From Vulcanimicrobiota bacterium (GTDB taxonomy: Bacteria > Vulcanimicrobiota > Vulcanimicrobiia > Vulcanimicrobiales > Vulcanimicrobiaceae): 64,000 bases of DNA. The notes under the pieces were generated by a model. It was not told the origin of the DNA, did not search any database, and was given only the letters and a program-made list of their open reading frames with translations. Each line of letters opens with the position of its first letter. Position 1 is the stretch's first letter. The DNA lies in NCBI GenBank assembly GCA_963695225.1, contig OY968762.1, positions 1,472,001 to 1,536,000 on the forward strand, written 5' to 3'. The position numbers and the translations under genes are program-made. Of the stretch, positions 8,764 through 20,322 are shown piece by piece.

Positions 8764-10718
8764 AATTCCAGGACTCGTCGGGCACCATCCTGACGTTGGC
8801 CAAGAAACTCGGCGAAGGCGGCGAGGGCGCCGTCTTCACGACGCACGAGAATACGAAAGTCGTCGCAAAACTCTACTCTGCGCCGCTCACGAAGCTGCAG
8901 ATCGCAAAACTCGAAACGATGGTCGCCGCCGCCGACGATACGCTCGGCGCCGTCGCCGCCTGGCCCCTCTCGATGCTCTATAGGAGCTCGCGCCCCGTCG
9001 GATTCACGATGCCGCGCCTGGACGGGCAGAGCCCGCTGCACGATCTACTCGGCCCCAAGCGCCGCCAGGACCTCTTCCCGCACGCGCATTGGAAGTTCCT
9101 CATCCACACGGCGATCAACTTGGCGCGCTCGTTCGAGGTGCTGCACGGCCGGAACATCGTCGTCGGCGACGTGAATTCCAGCAACATCTTCGTGCAACGC
9201 GATTCGGTGACGCATCTGATCGATTGCGACAGCTTCCAGATTCCGTACAACGGCTCGGTGCTGCGTTGCAACGTCGGCGTCGCGGAGTACCAGCCGCCCG
9301 AATTGCAGAGCCGCGACCTCTCGCGCGTCGATCGCCTGCCGCAGCACGATCTCTTCGGCCTCGCGGTCATGATCTTTCAACTGCTCTTCGTCGGCAAGCA
9401 CCCGTTCGCGGGCGTCCTTCCGCCGCACATCCGCAACACGGGCGCGATCGGCGACAACGTCGCGGCGAAGCGCTTCTTCTACGGCCAGCACGCGATTCGC
9501 AACGGTCTGCGCCCGCCGCCGGGCGCGCTGAACCTGCAAGCGATCACGCCGCAGATGTCGGCCTACTTCATCCAAGCGTTTTTGGCCGAGCCCGGAACGC
9601 GGCCGACGGCCTCGGCCTGGCGCGGCGCGCTCGAGGATCTCGAAGCGAAGACGGTCGCCTGCAAGGCGAACGCGATCCATCGCCACCTGCAGACGACGCG
9701 TTGCCCGTGGTGCGCGCTCGAACGCGGGGGGCTCTACTATTTCGTGCTCGATACGCCCGCTGCGGCCCAGGGCGGCATCGACGACGCATTCTGGAAGCGC
9801 TTCGGCGACGCCGAGATCCAACGCGTGTGGAACGAGATCGCTTCGATCTCGCCGCCGCCGCCCGTCAGCGACAAGATCGCGCACCAGCGCGAATGCAAAC
9901 CGAAACCGCTCTCGCTCTGGACGGCGCCGCGCAAGTGGGCCTATGCGGCCGGCGCCGCGGCGCTCGTGGCCGGCGTCGTCACGACGTTCGCAATCGGGGC
10001 GCCGATTCTCTCGGTCCTCGTATTCATCGTGGCGGCGGGCCTCGCCGTGCTCTTCCGTCCGGATGCGCGCTCCGTCATGGAAGCGCGCCGCAGGCGCCAC
10101 GCCCAGGCGAAGCGTGCCTACGAAGCCGTCTCGAAAGAGTGGGCGCGCGCGGCCCGGAACACGCGCTTCACGGAGGCTCGCGATCAGCTCGTTACGGCCA
10201 AGCGCCAGCTCTCCGAGCAGCGCTCGCGCTATCAGGCGGACCTCGCGAACCTGCACAAACATCGCGCGCGCAAGGAGCTCGAGGCCTTCCTCGAACGGCA
10301 CATCCTCTTCGCCTACCGGATCCCCGAGATCGGGAAGAAGACGCAGGCGCTCCTGCTCTCGTTCGGAATCGAGACCGCCGCCGACGTCACGGACGCGAAG
10401 CTCGCGCGCATTCCCACGCTCTCGTACGAACGCAAGCAGAACCTGATCGCGTGGCGCAAGAGCATCGAGCATCGGTTCCGTTTCAACCCCAAGGGCGGGC
10501 TCGATCACCGGCTGCTGCGAGACCTTGCGGCGCGCCACATGCGCGAGCGCACCGTCAATCAGACGAAGCTTGCCGGCGGCGCGGCGCTGCTGCGGAGCAT
10601 CGCCTCGGAGACGGCGCGACAACGCCCGGCCCTCCAGCGCCTCGTCATCGAGCGCACCGAGGCCTTGCGGCAAGCGGAAGCCGATCTCGACATCCCTGCG
10701 TTCCTGTACCGGCTGTAG
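8760..10718 (+). CDS. YegI-like Ser/Thr kinase with TM segment and C-terminal HhH-like region
   Basis: LGEGGEG, VAKLY, VGDVNSSN, IDCDSFQ, YQPPE, GKHPF, CPWC, TM hairpin, IPEIG..GIETAADV. Confidence 0.88.
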   Translation: MKFQDSSGTILTLAKKLGEGGEGAVFTTHENTKVVAKLYSAPLTKLQIAKLETMVAAADDTLGAVAAWPLSMLYRSSRPVGFTMPRLDGQSPLHDLLGPKRRQDLFPHAHWKFLIHTAINLARSFEVLHGRNIVVGDVNSSNIFVQRDSVTHLIDCDSFQIPYNGSVLRCNVGVAEYQPPELQSRDLSRVDRLPQHDLFGLAVMIFQLLFVGKHPFAGVLPPHIRNTGAIGDNVAAKRFFYGQHAIRNGLRPPPGALNLQAITPQMSAYFIQAFLAEPGTRPTASAWRGALEDLEAKTVACKANAIHRHLQTTRCPWCALERGGLYYFVLDTPAAAQGGIDDAFWKRFGDAEIQRVWNEIASISPPPPVSDKIAHQRECKPKPLSLWTAPRKWAYAAGAAALVAGVVTTFAIGAPILSVLVFIVAAGLAVLFRPDARSVMEARRRRHAQAKRAYEAVSKEWARAARNTRFTEARDQLVTAKRQLSEQRSRYQADLANLHKHRARKELEAFLERHILFAYRIPEIGKKTQALLLSFGIETAADVTDAKLARIPTLSYERKQNLIAWRKSIEHRFRFNPKGGLDHRLLRDLAARHMRERTVNQTKLAGGAALLRSIASETARQRPALQRLVIERTEALRQAEADLDIPAFLYRL

Positions 10719-10780
10719 CGCAGCGTTGCAACCGCACGTCCCTCGATCCGTTTGAACAAACGAGACCGAGGAGATCGACC

Positions 10781-11560
10781 GTGCCGCACGCGATGCCCGC
10801 CGTGTTCTTCGGACACGGCAACCCGATGAACGCGATCCAGGACACCCCCTACACCCGCGCCTGGAGGGCGTTCGGGGCCGCGCTGCCGCGCCCGAAAGCC
10901 GTGCTCGCGATCTCGGCCCACTGGTACCTGCCCGGCACGCTGGTGACGGCGATGGAAGCTCCGCGCACGATCCACGATTTCGGCGGCTTTCCGCCGGAGT
11001 TGTACCGCGTCCAGTACCCCGCCCCGGGGGATCCGGCGCTAGCCCGGCGCGTTGCCGAGCTCCTCTCGCCGCTCTCCGTCGGAAGCGACCGGCTCTGGGG
11101 GCTCGACCACGGAACCTGGGCCGTGCTGTGCCACGTATTCCCGAACGCGGACGTTCCGATCGTACAGCTCAGCATCGACGAAAGCCGCCCCCCGGCATTT
11201 CACTATGAAGTCGGCAAGCTGCTCGCACCGCTGCGCGACGAGGGGATCCTCATCGCGGGGAGCGGGAATCTCGTCCACAACCTGCACGCGTACGCCTGGG
11301 GCCGGCACGTTCCCCAGCCGTTCGACTGGGCTCTGCGTTTCGAAGAGCGCGTCCGCAGCGCGCTCGTGGCGGGCGACGACCTGCAGATCATCGACTACGA
11401 GGCGCTCGGAAGCGATGCGCTCCTCTCCGTCCCGACGCCCGAGCACTACCTCCCGCTGCTCTACGTCATCGGCGCGCGACGGCCGGGCGAGCGCATCACC
11501 TTCCCGGTCGAGGGAATCGACGGCGGTTCGATATCGATGCTCTCAGTCCAGGTCGGCTGA
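10781..11560 (+). CDS. ygiD: 4,5-DOPA extradiol dioxygenase
   Basis: FFGHGNPMNA, ISAHW, IHDFGGFP, GLDHGTW, GSGNLVHNL, PTPEHYLPL. Confidence 0.9.
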   Translation: MPHAMPAVFFGHGNPMNAIQDTPYTRAWRAFGAALPRPKAVLAISAHWYLPGTLVTAMEAPRTIHDFGGFPPELYRVQYPAPGDPALARRVAELLSPLSVGSDRLWGLDHGTWAVLCHVFPNADVPIVQLSIDESRPPAFHYEVGKLLAPLRDEGILIAGSGNLVHNLHAYAWGRHVPQPFDWALRFEERVRSALVAGDDLQIIDYEALGSDALLSVPTPEHYLPLLYVIGARRPGERITFPVEGIDGGSISMLSVQVG

Positions 11561-11574
11561 GGCCGGCCCGGCCG

Positions 11575-12174
11575 CTAACGGCGGCCGAGTAGGAAGCTCG
11601 GGAGCACCTTCTCGCTCGTCGCCCGCGTGTAGTGCTCGCGGTCGATTTCCGTCCAGTACTCGCGGAGGTCCGAGAACAGCGTGGCCGCCCTCTTGAGGTC
11701 GCCCGCGTAGAACGCGCCCATCGCGGCGTTGCGGCAAGCTTGTACGAGGATCGGCTCGCGGAACGCCCGGCGAAACGCCGGGAGATCGCCGCACAAGAAC
11801 GCGGAGCAGTTCGCGCGCAAGCGCGCGATCTGCCGCTCCATCTCGCTCGCGAGCGATTCGTGCGTCCGCCCGGGGGTTCCGGCGGAACCCGTCGGCGGCG
11901 TTCCGAGCAACGTCGCTAGCGAATGGGTCTGCTCGAGCGCGCTGTCCTCGAGCGAAATCTCGAGCGCCGGCTCCTGGGAGAAATCGTACGAGAGGACCAC
12001 GGCCCTCCCGGCGGCGCGGTACCAGGCTCCGACGGGCAACTCGCTCGACTGAGTCAATTTGAAGCCGAATTCGCGGTTGAGGAAGTCGAAGCGGTCTTCG
12101 ACGATCGGAAGGAGACCGGTGGCTAACATGCCTCTCATTATCGGCAAAGTGTGATCCGGATCGTAGTCAAGCAA
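11575..12174 (-). CDS. Hypothetical protein (possible C-terminal TPR-like helices)
   Basis: Globular-looking ORF filling the gap, divergent from prk; start uncertain. Confidence 0.55.
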   Translation of the reverse strand: MLDYDPDHTLPIMRGMLATGLLPIVEDRFDFLNREFGFKLTQSSELPVGAWYRAAGRAVVLSYDFSQEPALEISLEDSALEQTHSLATLLGTPPTGSAGTPGRTHESLASEMERQIARLRANCSAFLCGDLPAFRRAFREPILVQACRNAAMGAFYAGDLKRAATLFSDLREYWTEIDREHYTRATSEKVLPSFLLGRR

Positions 12175-12203
12175 GGAAAGCAGTCGACAAAAGTCGTAAT
12201 CCC

Positions 12204-13166
12204 ATGGTCCAGTCCAATGAACTCGCGGAGGCCATCCAATTGCCGAGCAGACCGATCATGATCGCCGTCGGAGGCGATTCCGGAACCGGAAAGACGACCC
12301 TGTGCCGGGGCATCGACCGCATTTTCGGGGCCGACCGCATCGAGACGATTTGCCTCGACGACTACCATTCGCTCGACCGGGCCCAGCGCAAGGCGGTCGG
12401 TTTCACCGCACTCGACCCGCGCGCGAACAATTTCGCCGCGATGGAAGAGGACATGTGGTCCCTGCGCGAGGGCCGGGCGATCGACAAGCCCGTGTACGAT
12501 CACTCCGACGGCACGTTCAAGGCGCCCGAGCGCATCGAGCCGCGGGAGATCATCGTCGTGCAGGGGCTCTTCCCGCTCTACACGCGTTCGCTGCGCGCGC
12601 TCTTCGACATCACGGTCTGGCTCGATCCCGAGCCCGCACTCAAGCTGGCCTGGAAGATCCAGCGCGACACGATGCAGCGCGGGTACACGGAAGCCGAAGT
12701 CTTGAGCGAGCTCGAGAAGCGGCGCCCGGATATCGAGGCCCACATCCAGCCACAGGGCAAGCACGCCGATCTCACCGTCGAGTTCCACCGTTCCGCCGGC
12801 CTCGCGGGAGACGATCCGACGAAGCTCTCGGCCCGCATCCGCAAGGGCGGCCGCTTCCCTGCGCTCGACTATAGCGAGTTCGCGAGCCGGGGCACCTCGA
12901 TCCGCCAGCTCGCGGCGGAGACGAGCGGTTTTCCCCAGACGTTGATCGAACTCGACGGCCACATCGACCCGGAAACGGCCGAAGCGGTCGAGGACAAGAT
13001 CTGGTCGCACATGTCGACCCACGCCCACCTTCGGCCCGAGCGGCTCGGCGAATTCGTCGACGCTGCCGGAAACAAGAGAACCGGTTACACACTTGCCCTC
13101 GCCCAGTTGCTGATCGCGCGCCGCGTCGTCCTGGTCGAGAACGAACTGCTTGAGGGAGTCCGCTAG
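12204..13166 (+). CDS. prk: Phosphoribulokinase
   Basis: [33 protein letters not shown]; directly upstream of RuBisCO. Confidence 0.9.
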   Translation: MVQSNELAEAIQLPSRPIMIAVGGDSGTGKTTLCRGIDRIFGADRIETICLDDYHSLDRAQRKAVGFTALDPRANNFAAMEEDMWSLREGRAIDKPVYDHSDGTFKAPERIEPREIIVVQGLFPLYTRSLRALFDITVWLDPEPALKLAWKIQRDTMQRGYTEAEVLSELEKRRPDIEAHIQPQGKHADLTVEFHRSAGLAGDDPTKLSARIRKGGRFPALDYSEFASRGTSIRQLAAETSGFPQTLIELDGHIDPETAEAVEDKIWSHMSTHAHLRPERLGEFVDAAGNKRTGYTLALAQLLIARRVVLVENELLEGVR

Positions 13167-14618
<1,452 letters not shown>

Positions 14619-14626
14619 AGGTAACG

Positions 14627-15055
14627 ATGCATCTCACGCAAGGCGCGTTCTCTTTTCTTCCCCCGCTGACCGACGAGCAGATCGAGAAGCAGATCCAGTA
14701 CGCACTCGATCACGATTGGCCCGTCTCGATCGAATACACGGACGATCCGCATCCGCGCAACTCGTATTGGGAAATGTTCGGGCTGCCGATGTTCGATCTC
14801 AAAGATGCTAAGGCGGTCATGCAGCACGTCCACAAGGCGCGCGAGCACCACGCGAACGCTTACATCAAGCTCAACGCGTTCGACGCGCGGCTGGGCCGCC
14901 AGACGACGGCGCTGAGCTTCATCATCCACCGTCCGAAGCACGAACCCGGCTTCCGGCTCGACCGCACGACGGGCGAGGACCGCCAGGTCGTCACGGGGCT
15001 TCACTCGTACGCGATGGATAAGCCCCACGGCCAGCGCTACCCCTCGGGGGAATGA
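14627..15055 (+). CDS. cbbS: RuBisCO small subunit (red-type)
   Basis: [35 protein letters not shown]-terminal EPGF extension. Confidence 0.97.
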   Translation: MHLTQGAFSFLPPLTDEQIEKQIQYALDHDWPVSIEYTDDPHPRNSYWEMFGLPMFDLKDAKAVMQHVHKAREHHANAYIKLNAFDARLGRQTTALSFIIHRPKHEPGFRLDRTTGEDRQVVTGLHSYAMDKPHGQRYPSGE

Positions 15056-15948
15056 GTAGCGATATCGAAGCGGCGAAGGGGTCGAGCATGCTCGACCTCG
15101 ATGCAGCCTATCGCGATTCGCACGTCGGCGAGATTCTCGCTCAACTCGACCGAGAACTCGTCGGCTTAACCCCGGTCAAGACGCGCATCCGCGAGATCGC
15201 GCACCTGCTCTTGATCGACAAGATCCGCAAGCAAGTCGGCTTGAGCTCGGAGCCTCCGCCGCTGCACATGTCGTTCACGGGGCGCCCCGGTACCGGAAAG
15301 ACGACCGTCGCGTTGCGCATGGCCGAGATCCTGCACCGGCTCGGCTACATCCGGCGCGGGCACCTCGTCGTCGCGACGCGCGACGATCTGGTCGGTCAAT
15401 ATATCGGGCACACGGCCCCGAAGACGAAAGAGGTGCTCAAGCGCGCGATGGGCGGAGTGCTCTTCATCGACGAGGCGTATTACCTCTACAAGCCCGAGAA
15501 CGAACGCGACTACGGCGGCGAGGCGATCGAGATCCTGCTCCAGGTGATGGAGAACCAGCGCGACGACCTCGTCGTGATCTTCGCGGGCTACAAGGACCGC
15601 ATGGACGCGTTCTTCGCGAGCAATCCCGGCTTGAGCTCACGCGTCGCCAACCACATCGATTTCCCGGATTACTCGGTCGACGAACTCGTCGCGATCGCGC
15701 ACTTGATGCTCGAAAAGCTGCACTATTCGTTCTCGCCCGCCGCGGAGCGCGCGTTCCGCGAATACGTCGTCCTGCGCATGAAGCAACCGCAGTTCGCGAA
15801 CGCGCGCAGCGTCCGCAACGCGATCGACCGGGCTCGCCTGCGCCAGGCAAACCGGCTCTTCGAGCGCGGCGGCACCGTAACGCCGGCCGACCTGCAGACG
15901 ATCGACGAAGCCGACATCCGCAAAAGCCGCATCTTCGCGACGTCCTGA
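15052..15948 (+). CDS. cbbX: CbbX RuBisCO activase (AAA+)
   Basis: [47 protein letters not shown]. Confidence 0.96.
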   Translation: MSSDIEAAKGSSMLDLDAAYRDSHVGEILAQLDRELVGLTPVKTRIREIAHLLLIDKIRKQVGLSSEPPPLHMSFTGRPGTGKTTVALRMAEILHRLGYIRRGHLVVATRDDLVGQYIGHTAPKTKEVLKRAMGGVLFIDEAYYLYKPENERDYGGEAIEILLQVMENQRDDLVVIFAGYKDRMDAFFASNPGLSSRVANHIDFPDYSVDELVAIAHLMLEKLHYSFSPAAERAFREYVVLRMKQPQFANARSVRNAIDRARLRQANRLFERGGTVTPADLQTIDEADIRKSRIFATS

Positions 15949-15995
15949 GCCCCAAACGTCATCCCGAACGACGCGAACGCAATCGCCCATCGAAC

Positions 15996-16157
15996 GCAGG
16001 TAGCGTCCGGGGCGGGGCGGGGTTTCTCCGCGGGGCGTGCAGCTCGCCCGCGAAGCCACGATGGCGAGAGCGGGCGAGTGCACGAGTAGCGATTTCGCAC
16101 GGATGCGAAATCGCGGGCGTCCCCGCGGAGGAACCCCGCCCCGCCCCGGACGCGGGC
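15996..16157. repeat. ~163-bp palindromic dispersed element, copy 1
   Basis: ~33-bp terminal inverted arms (16003-16153) plus internal hairpins; near-identical to the reverse complement of 53004-53166. Confidence 0.9.
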
Positions 16158-16176
16158 CACGCAGGCAAGATCGGAT

Positions 16177-17064
16177 CTAGCCGGTGACGGCCGCCGAGGG
16201 CCGCCCGCTAGGCGCGGCGGGTTGCGATAGCAGTTGCGGCGAGCGTTCGCCCACGAGAAAGACCGGCAACTCCGCGATCGAGAATTGCATCCCGGTCCAG
16301 AACGGCCCGAACTCCGCGTACTTCGCGCTCGCCTCGTCGAAGCGCATCTCGTAGACGAGCTTCTTGAACGTCAGCGGATCGTCCGCGTACAGATCGACGC
16401 CCCATTCCCAATCGTCGAAGCCGATCGAACCCGAGATCACCTGCGTCACCTGCCCGTGGAACGAGCGGCCGATCTTGCCGTGATCGAGCATCAACTGCGC
16501 GCGCTCCTCGTACGGCAGCGAGTACCAGTTCACGCGCTCGCCGCGCTTCTTGTTCATCGGATAGAAGCAGACGTAGCGCCGCGGCGGGACCTTGGCCCAC
16601 AACCGCGCCGCGTTGCGCGGCTGCAGCGCTTGCTCGGCGATGAGGCCGTCGAACGCCGCGATCCATTCCTGGGAGTTCGGCTTGAGGCCGCGATCGCGCA
16701 GTTCGGCGTGGATGCGTCCCGTCGCCTCGTAGAGGCCGAGTTCCAACACCGAGACGTACGAGCCGCGCGCTTCCAGGTACTCCGCGAGCTCGAGCTTGTC
16801 GACGAGCGCTTGCGCGACCGCGAGATCGTCGAACGATCTCGCGTAATGCGTGAACATCAGATCGCCCTTGTGCCCGAGAAGCTGCGCGAGCGCGCAATCA
16901 CTCTCCGGGCCCGCCGCCGGCGGCTCGAGGGCGGCGACGGCGGCCGCCGCGATCGCTTCGCGGCGCTCGGCCCCGAGCGCATCGAAACGCCTGCGGTCGA
17001 ACCGGAACATGCGGTGCAGGATGTGCCAGCTATCGAGGGATTCGGGGACGTCCGGATGTCGCAT
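16177..17064 (-). CDS. hemQ: Coproheme decarboxylase (ChdC/HemQ)
   Basis: LGHKGDLM, SYVSVLELGLY, CFYPMNKKR, HGKIGR, GSIGFDDWEWGV, YEMRFDEASA. Confidence 0.92.
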   Translation of the reverse strand: MRHPDVPESLDSWHILHRMFRFDRRRFDALGAERREAIAAAAVAALEPPAAGPESDCALAQLLGHKGDLMFTHYARSFDDLAVAQALVDKLELAEYLEARGSYVSVLELGLYEATGRIHAELRDRGLKPNSQEWIAAFDGLIAEQALQPRNAARLWAKVPPRRYVCFYPMNKKRGERVNWYSLPYEERAQLMLDHGKIGRSFHGQVTQVISGSIGFDDWEWGVDLYADDPLTFKKLVYEMRFDEASAKYAEFGPFWTGMQFSIAELPVFLVGERSPQLLSQPAAPSGRPSAAVTG

Positions 17065-17109
17065 GAGGCTAGCTTCGCGCGCCCGGGCGCCCGTTGCCTG
17101 TGCCCACCG

Positions 17110-18045
17110 TCACCGGGCGGCCGCGATCAAGCTCGCGGGGCGGTGCCGGTAGTGCGCCCAGCGGGCGGGGTCCGCACCGATCTCCTCGACGATCCGCGCG
17201 AACGCGGCGTTGACCGGCGTTGCGAGCGAAAGACGCGCGCCGGCGGAGGCGACGGCGCCGTTCAGCGCGCTCACTTCCGTGCGGCGCCCCGCGCGCAGAT
17301 CGAGCAGCAGCGAAGGCACCTTCGTCCCGCGCGATTTCGCAAAACGCCCGGCGAGGATCGCGCGCGCGACCGGCACGGGCAACCCCGCCGTCGCAAGGAA
17401 CGTGCGCACGGGATAACGCGGCAGATCGACCGGCTGCAACGAGAGGCGCTCCATCACGGCGCGCACTTCGCGCACCGCCGCCAATTCGAGTTCGAAGAGT
17501 GCGGGATCGCGCATCGTTTCGGCCGGGAGCATATCGAGGATTGCGCAGCCGGCGTTCGCGACGATGTTGAGCGCGAGCTTCGACCACTTGAGCGCGCGGT
17601 AGTTATCGCAGACGACGACGGGGAGGCCTGCCTTCTCGAATGCCGCGACGAGCCAGTTGTGCGGGCTCTGCCCGACCGGCGCCAGCCCGATCCCTCCCGG
17701 TTGCGCCGCCCGCACGCCGCCGCCGGCTGCGCGCTCCACGGGAACCGTCAGCGCACCCGCCTCGACGCGATCCGCGCCGAACGCCTGCGCGAAGAGCTCC
17801 TCGTTGCCGACGCCGTTCTGGACCGTGAGGATCGTCGTCTCGGGGGAGCGCGCTAGCGCCCGCTCGAGCGTGGCGACCGCCCCGGGCGTGTCGTACGCTT
17901 TCACCGCGACGAGCGCGAGATCGGGCGCGACTTCGATGACGTCCTCGAGACGCCGCGGCGCGTAGCTCACCTCGGCGCCGGTCGCGCGCAGCAGGTCGCC
18001 GAGGTACGTGCCGATCGCCCCGGCGCCGACGACGTACGTCTTCAA
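17110..18045 (-). CDS. panE: Ketopantoate reductase family protein
   Basis: [42 protein letters not shown] start overlaps dut stop. Confidence 0.82.
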   Translation of the reverse strand: MKTYVVGAGAIGTYLGDLLRATGAEVSYAPRRLEDVIEVAPDLALVAVKAYDTPGAVATLERALARSPETTILTVQNGVGNEELFAQAFGADRVEAGALTVPVERAAGGGVRAAQPGGIGLAPVGQSPHNWLVAAFEKAGLPVVVCDNYRALKWSKLALNIVANAGCAILDMLPAETMRDPALFELELAAVREVRAVMERLSLQPVDLPRYPVRTFLATAGLPVPVARAILAGRFAKSRGTKVPSLLLDLRAGRRTEVSALNGAVASAGARLSLATPVNAAFARIVEEIGADPARWAHYRHRPASLIAAAR

Positions 18046-18485
18046 GCGCGGCCGGTGCTGCCGAAGCCGCCCTCGGCGCGCGCCGTCGCCCGGAGCTCCT
18101 CGCATTCGAGGAACGCGGCGCGCGCGACGCGCGAGACGATCATCTGCGCGATGCGGTCGCCGCGCCGGATCGTGAACGGCTCGCTCCCCAGATTCGCCAC
18201 GATCACGCCGACGGGGCCGCGGTAATCCGCATCGATCGTGCCCGGGGAGTTCAGGAGCGTAACGCCGTGGTTGAGCGCGAGGCCGCTGCGCGGGCGGAGC
18301 TGCACTTCGTAGCCGGGCGGGATCGCGAGCGCGAAGCCGGTCGGGACGAGGCTGCGCCCGCCGGGAGCGAGAGTGAGGTCGGCCTCGAGCGCGGCGCAGA
18401 CGTCGGCCCCGGCGGCATCGGCACTCATGTAGCTCGGCAGCGGCAAGCCCGCGCCCTCCGGCAGGCGGAGCACGTCGATGCGCAC
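18042..18485 (-). CDS. dut: dUTP diphosphatase
   Basis: [38 protein letters not shown]. Confidence 0.95.
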   Translation of the reverse strand: MRIDVLRLPEGAGLPLPSYMSADAAGADVCAALEADLTLAPGGRSLVPTGFALAIPPGYEVQLRPRSGLALNHGVTLLNSPGTIDADYRGPVGVIVANLGSEPFTIRRGDRIAQMIVSRVARAAFLECEELRATARAEGGFGSTGRA

Positions 18486-18501
18486 GCTGCCGCCGGGCGC
18501 G

Positions 18502-18954
18502 CTACTTGGCAAGGAGTTGCGCGAGCTCCGCTTGGAAGCTCTCGACGTCGCGGAACGAACGGTAGACGCTCGCGAAGCGGATGTAGGCGATCTTGTCGAT
18601 CGCCTTCAGCGCTTCCATCAGTTTCTCGCCGATCAAGCTCGTCTGGACCTCGTTTTCGCCGCGCGAGAACAGATCGCGCTCGAGGCGGGAAACAGCCTCC
18701 TCCAGTTGCGACTCGGAGATCGGCCGCTTTTCACAGGCGCGCTGGAGGCCCGTGAGGACCTTGTCGCGGTTGTACTGCTCGCGGCGGCCGTCCTTCTTCA
18801 CGACGAAAAGGCGCGGCGCTTCCATCCGTTCGTAGGTGGTGAAGCGGTGCTTGCACTCCGCGTTCAGACACTCACGCCGGCGCCGCACCACGCTCTCGTC
18901 GTCGCGCGAGTCGACGACGCGCGTCTCGCTCTTCCGACAGGTCGGGCAGATCAG
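18502..18954 (-). CDS. nrdR: Transcriptional repressor NrdR (CTG start)
   Basis: ICPTC..TRVVDSR..RRRREC..C..RFTTYE zinc ribbon, ATP cone [15 protein letters not shown]; first CxxC lies upstream of the ORF-track start. Confidence 0.93.
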   Translation of the reverse strand: MICPTCRKSETRVVDSRDDESVVRRRRECLNAECKHRFTTYERMEAPRLFVVKKDGRREQYNRDKVLTGLQRACEKRPISESQLEEAVSRLERDLFSRGENEVQTSLIGEKLMEALKAIDKIAYIRFASVYRSFRDVESFQAELAQLLAK

Positions 18955-18979
18955 CTCGGTTTAGCCTCCGCAAGAAGAC

Positions 18980-19027
18980 CCCCAACCGATGGGGGTCCTT
19001 AGGAGTATACGCCACAAGGGGTAGTTC
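18980..19027. promoter_or_regulatory. Tandem NrdR-box-like sites
   Basis: CCCCAACCGATGGGGG (18980-18995) and CCACAAGGGGTAGTTC (19012-19027), 32 bp apart, upstream of nrdR. Confidence 0.5.
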
Positions 19028-19085
19028 CGCATATCCCTACCCCTAATACTCGACGCGCGAGCCCGCTCGCGGGCGCGGGGAAGGC

Positions 19086-19235
19086 CTATGACGCGGCGCC
19101 GATCTTGAACATCTTCGTCCCGCAGACCGGGCATTTTCCCTCCGTCGCGGGGCGGCCGTTCTTCATCGTGATGACGACCGGATCTTTCATCTCGCGCTTC
19201 GCTTTGCACTTCACGCAGTAGGCTTCTGCTGCCAT
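19086..19235 (-). CDS. Small basic zinc-ribbon protein, DUF5679-like (49 aa)
   Basis: Hand translation MAAEAYCVKCKAKREMKDPVVITMKNGRPATEGKCPVCGTKMFKIGAAS; AAAGGGAGA upstream; not in ORF track. Confidence 0.88.
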   Translation of the reverse strand: MAAEAYCVKCKAKREMKDPVVITMKNGRPATEGKCPVCGTKMFKIGAAS

Positions 19236-19443
19236 GGTCTCCCTTTCGGCGCTCGTGCGAGCCCCCCGGCGACATCGCGGGGTAGCGTCGCAATTGCGGC
19301 AAGTGTATTCCGAGGCGGCCCCTGCATTCCCCCAGGATGCGGGGCGCGTGGCCCCCTGGGCTTGGGCCGGCCGACGGGGGCGGGTCTCTGCTGGGTTGGC
19401 GCGTACCGCTAGGCGGACGGCGGTGGGGCGCGATGGTGGAGCG

Positions 19444-20322
19444 ATGGGGCTTGACGATCCTTCGGTTGTAGCGGCGGCGGAGTTGCATCGATTGCGGCCT
19501 TCGCTTGCTGCCTTGAAGCGCCTGGATGAACTTCACGTCGCGGGGTCACTGGCGGGGCTCGCACGGCCGAGCGTGGCGATCGTCGGAACGCGGGTTCCTT
19601 CCGAAGGAGGCAGGCGCCTCGCGACGCGCGTCGCGCGGGACCTCGGGAGCGCCGGGCTCTGCATCGTCTCCGGGCTCGCGCACGGCATAGACGGCGCAGC
19701 CCACGCCGGCGCCCTCGAGGCAGGGGCGCCGACGATCGGAGTCCTCGGCGGCGGGCACCGCTGTTTCTTCCCGAAGGGCAACATCGCACTGGCCGAACGG
19801 ATGATTCGGGCGGGCGGCGCCGTCGTCTCTCCGTTCCCGCCCGGGGAGCCCGCGCGCCCGCCTCAATTCCTACAGCGCAACGCGATCGTCGCCGCCCTCG
19901 CCGACGCGGTCGTCGTCGTCGAGGCGGCGGGCCGCAGCGGATCGCTGAACACGGCGGGCTGGGCCGCGAACATGGGCCTCCCCGTCTTCGCGTTCCCGGG
20001 CGACGTCGAGCGGCCCAAGGTCGCAGGCTGCCTCGCGCTCATCCGCGACGGCGCGACGCTCGTGCGCGATGCGGACGACATCCTCGAAGGCATGGGCTTC
20101 CCGCGCCGATCGCCCTCCCCTAGCGGGCAAGCCCCTCCGGGCGAGCTCACGCCGCTCGGCAAGAGCATCTGGACGGCGCTCTCCGACGGACCGCTTCCGC
20201 TGGAGCCGTTGATCGAGCGCACGGGAGCGACGCCGGCGGCCGCCCTCGCCGAGCTCGTTCGTCTTGAGATCGCAGGGTTCGTCATCCGCGGCACGGCGGG
20301 GTTCGCCCGTCCTTTCCGCTAG
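19444..20322 (+). CDS. dprA: DNA-processing protein DprA
   Basis: VAIVGTR, IVSGLAHGIDGAAH, FLQRNAIV, VVEAAGRSGSL, LIRDGA, C-terminal winged helix; start uncertain. Confidence 0.92.
   Translation: MGLDDPSVVAAAELHRLRPSLAALKRLDELHVAGSLAGLARPSVAIVGTRVPSEGGRRLATRVARDLGSAGLCIVSGLAHGIDGAAHAGALEAGAPTIGVLGGGHRCFFPKGNIALAERMIRAGGAVVSPFPPGEPARPPQFLQRNAIVAALADAVVVVEAAGRSGSLNTAGWAANMGLPVFAFPGDVERPKVAGCLALIRDGATLVRDADDILEGMGFPRRSPSPSGQAPPGELTPLGKSIWTALSDGPLPLEPLIERTGATPAAALAELVRLEIAGFVIRGTAGFARPFR

Noticed and set aside
15996..16157. Palindromic element as a tRNA or simple intrinsic terminator
   Set aside because: No T-loop, anticodon arm or CCA; too long and no U-tract on either strand
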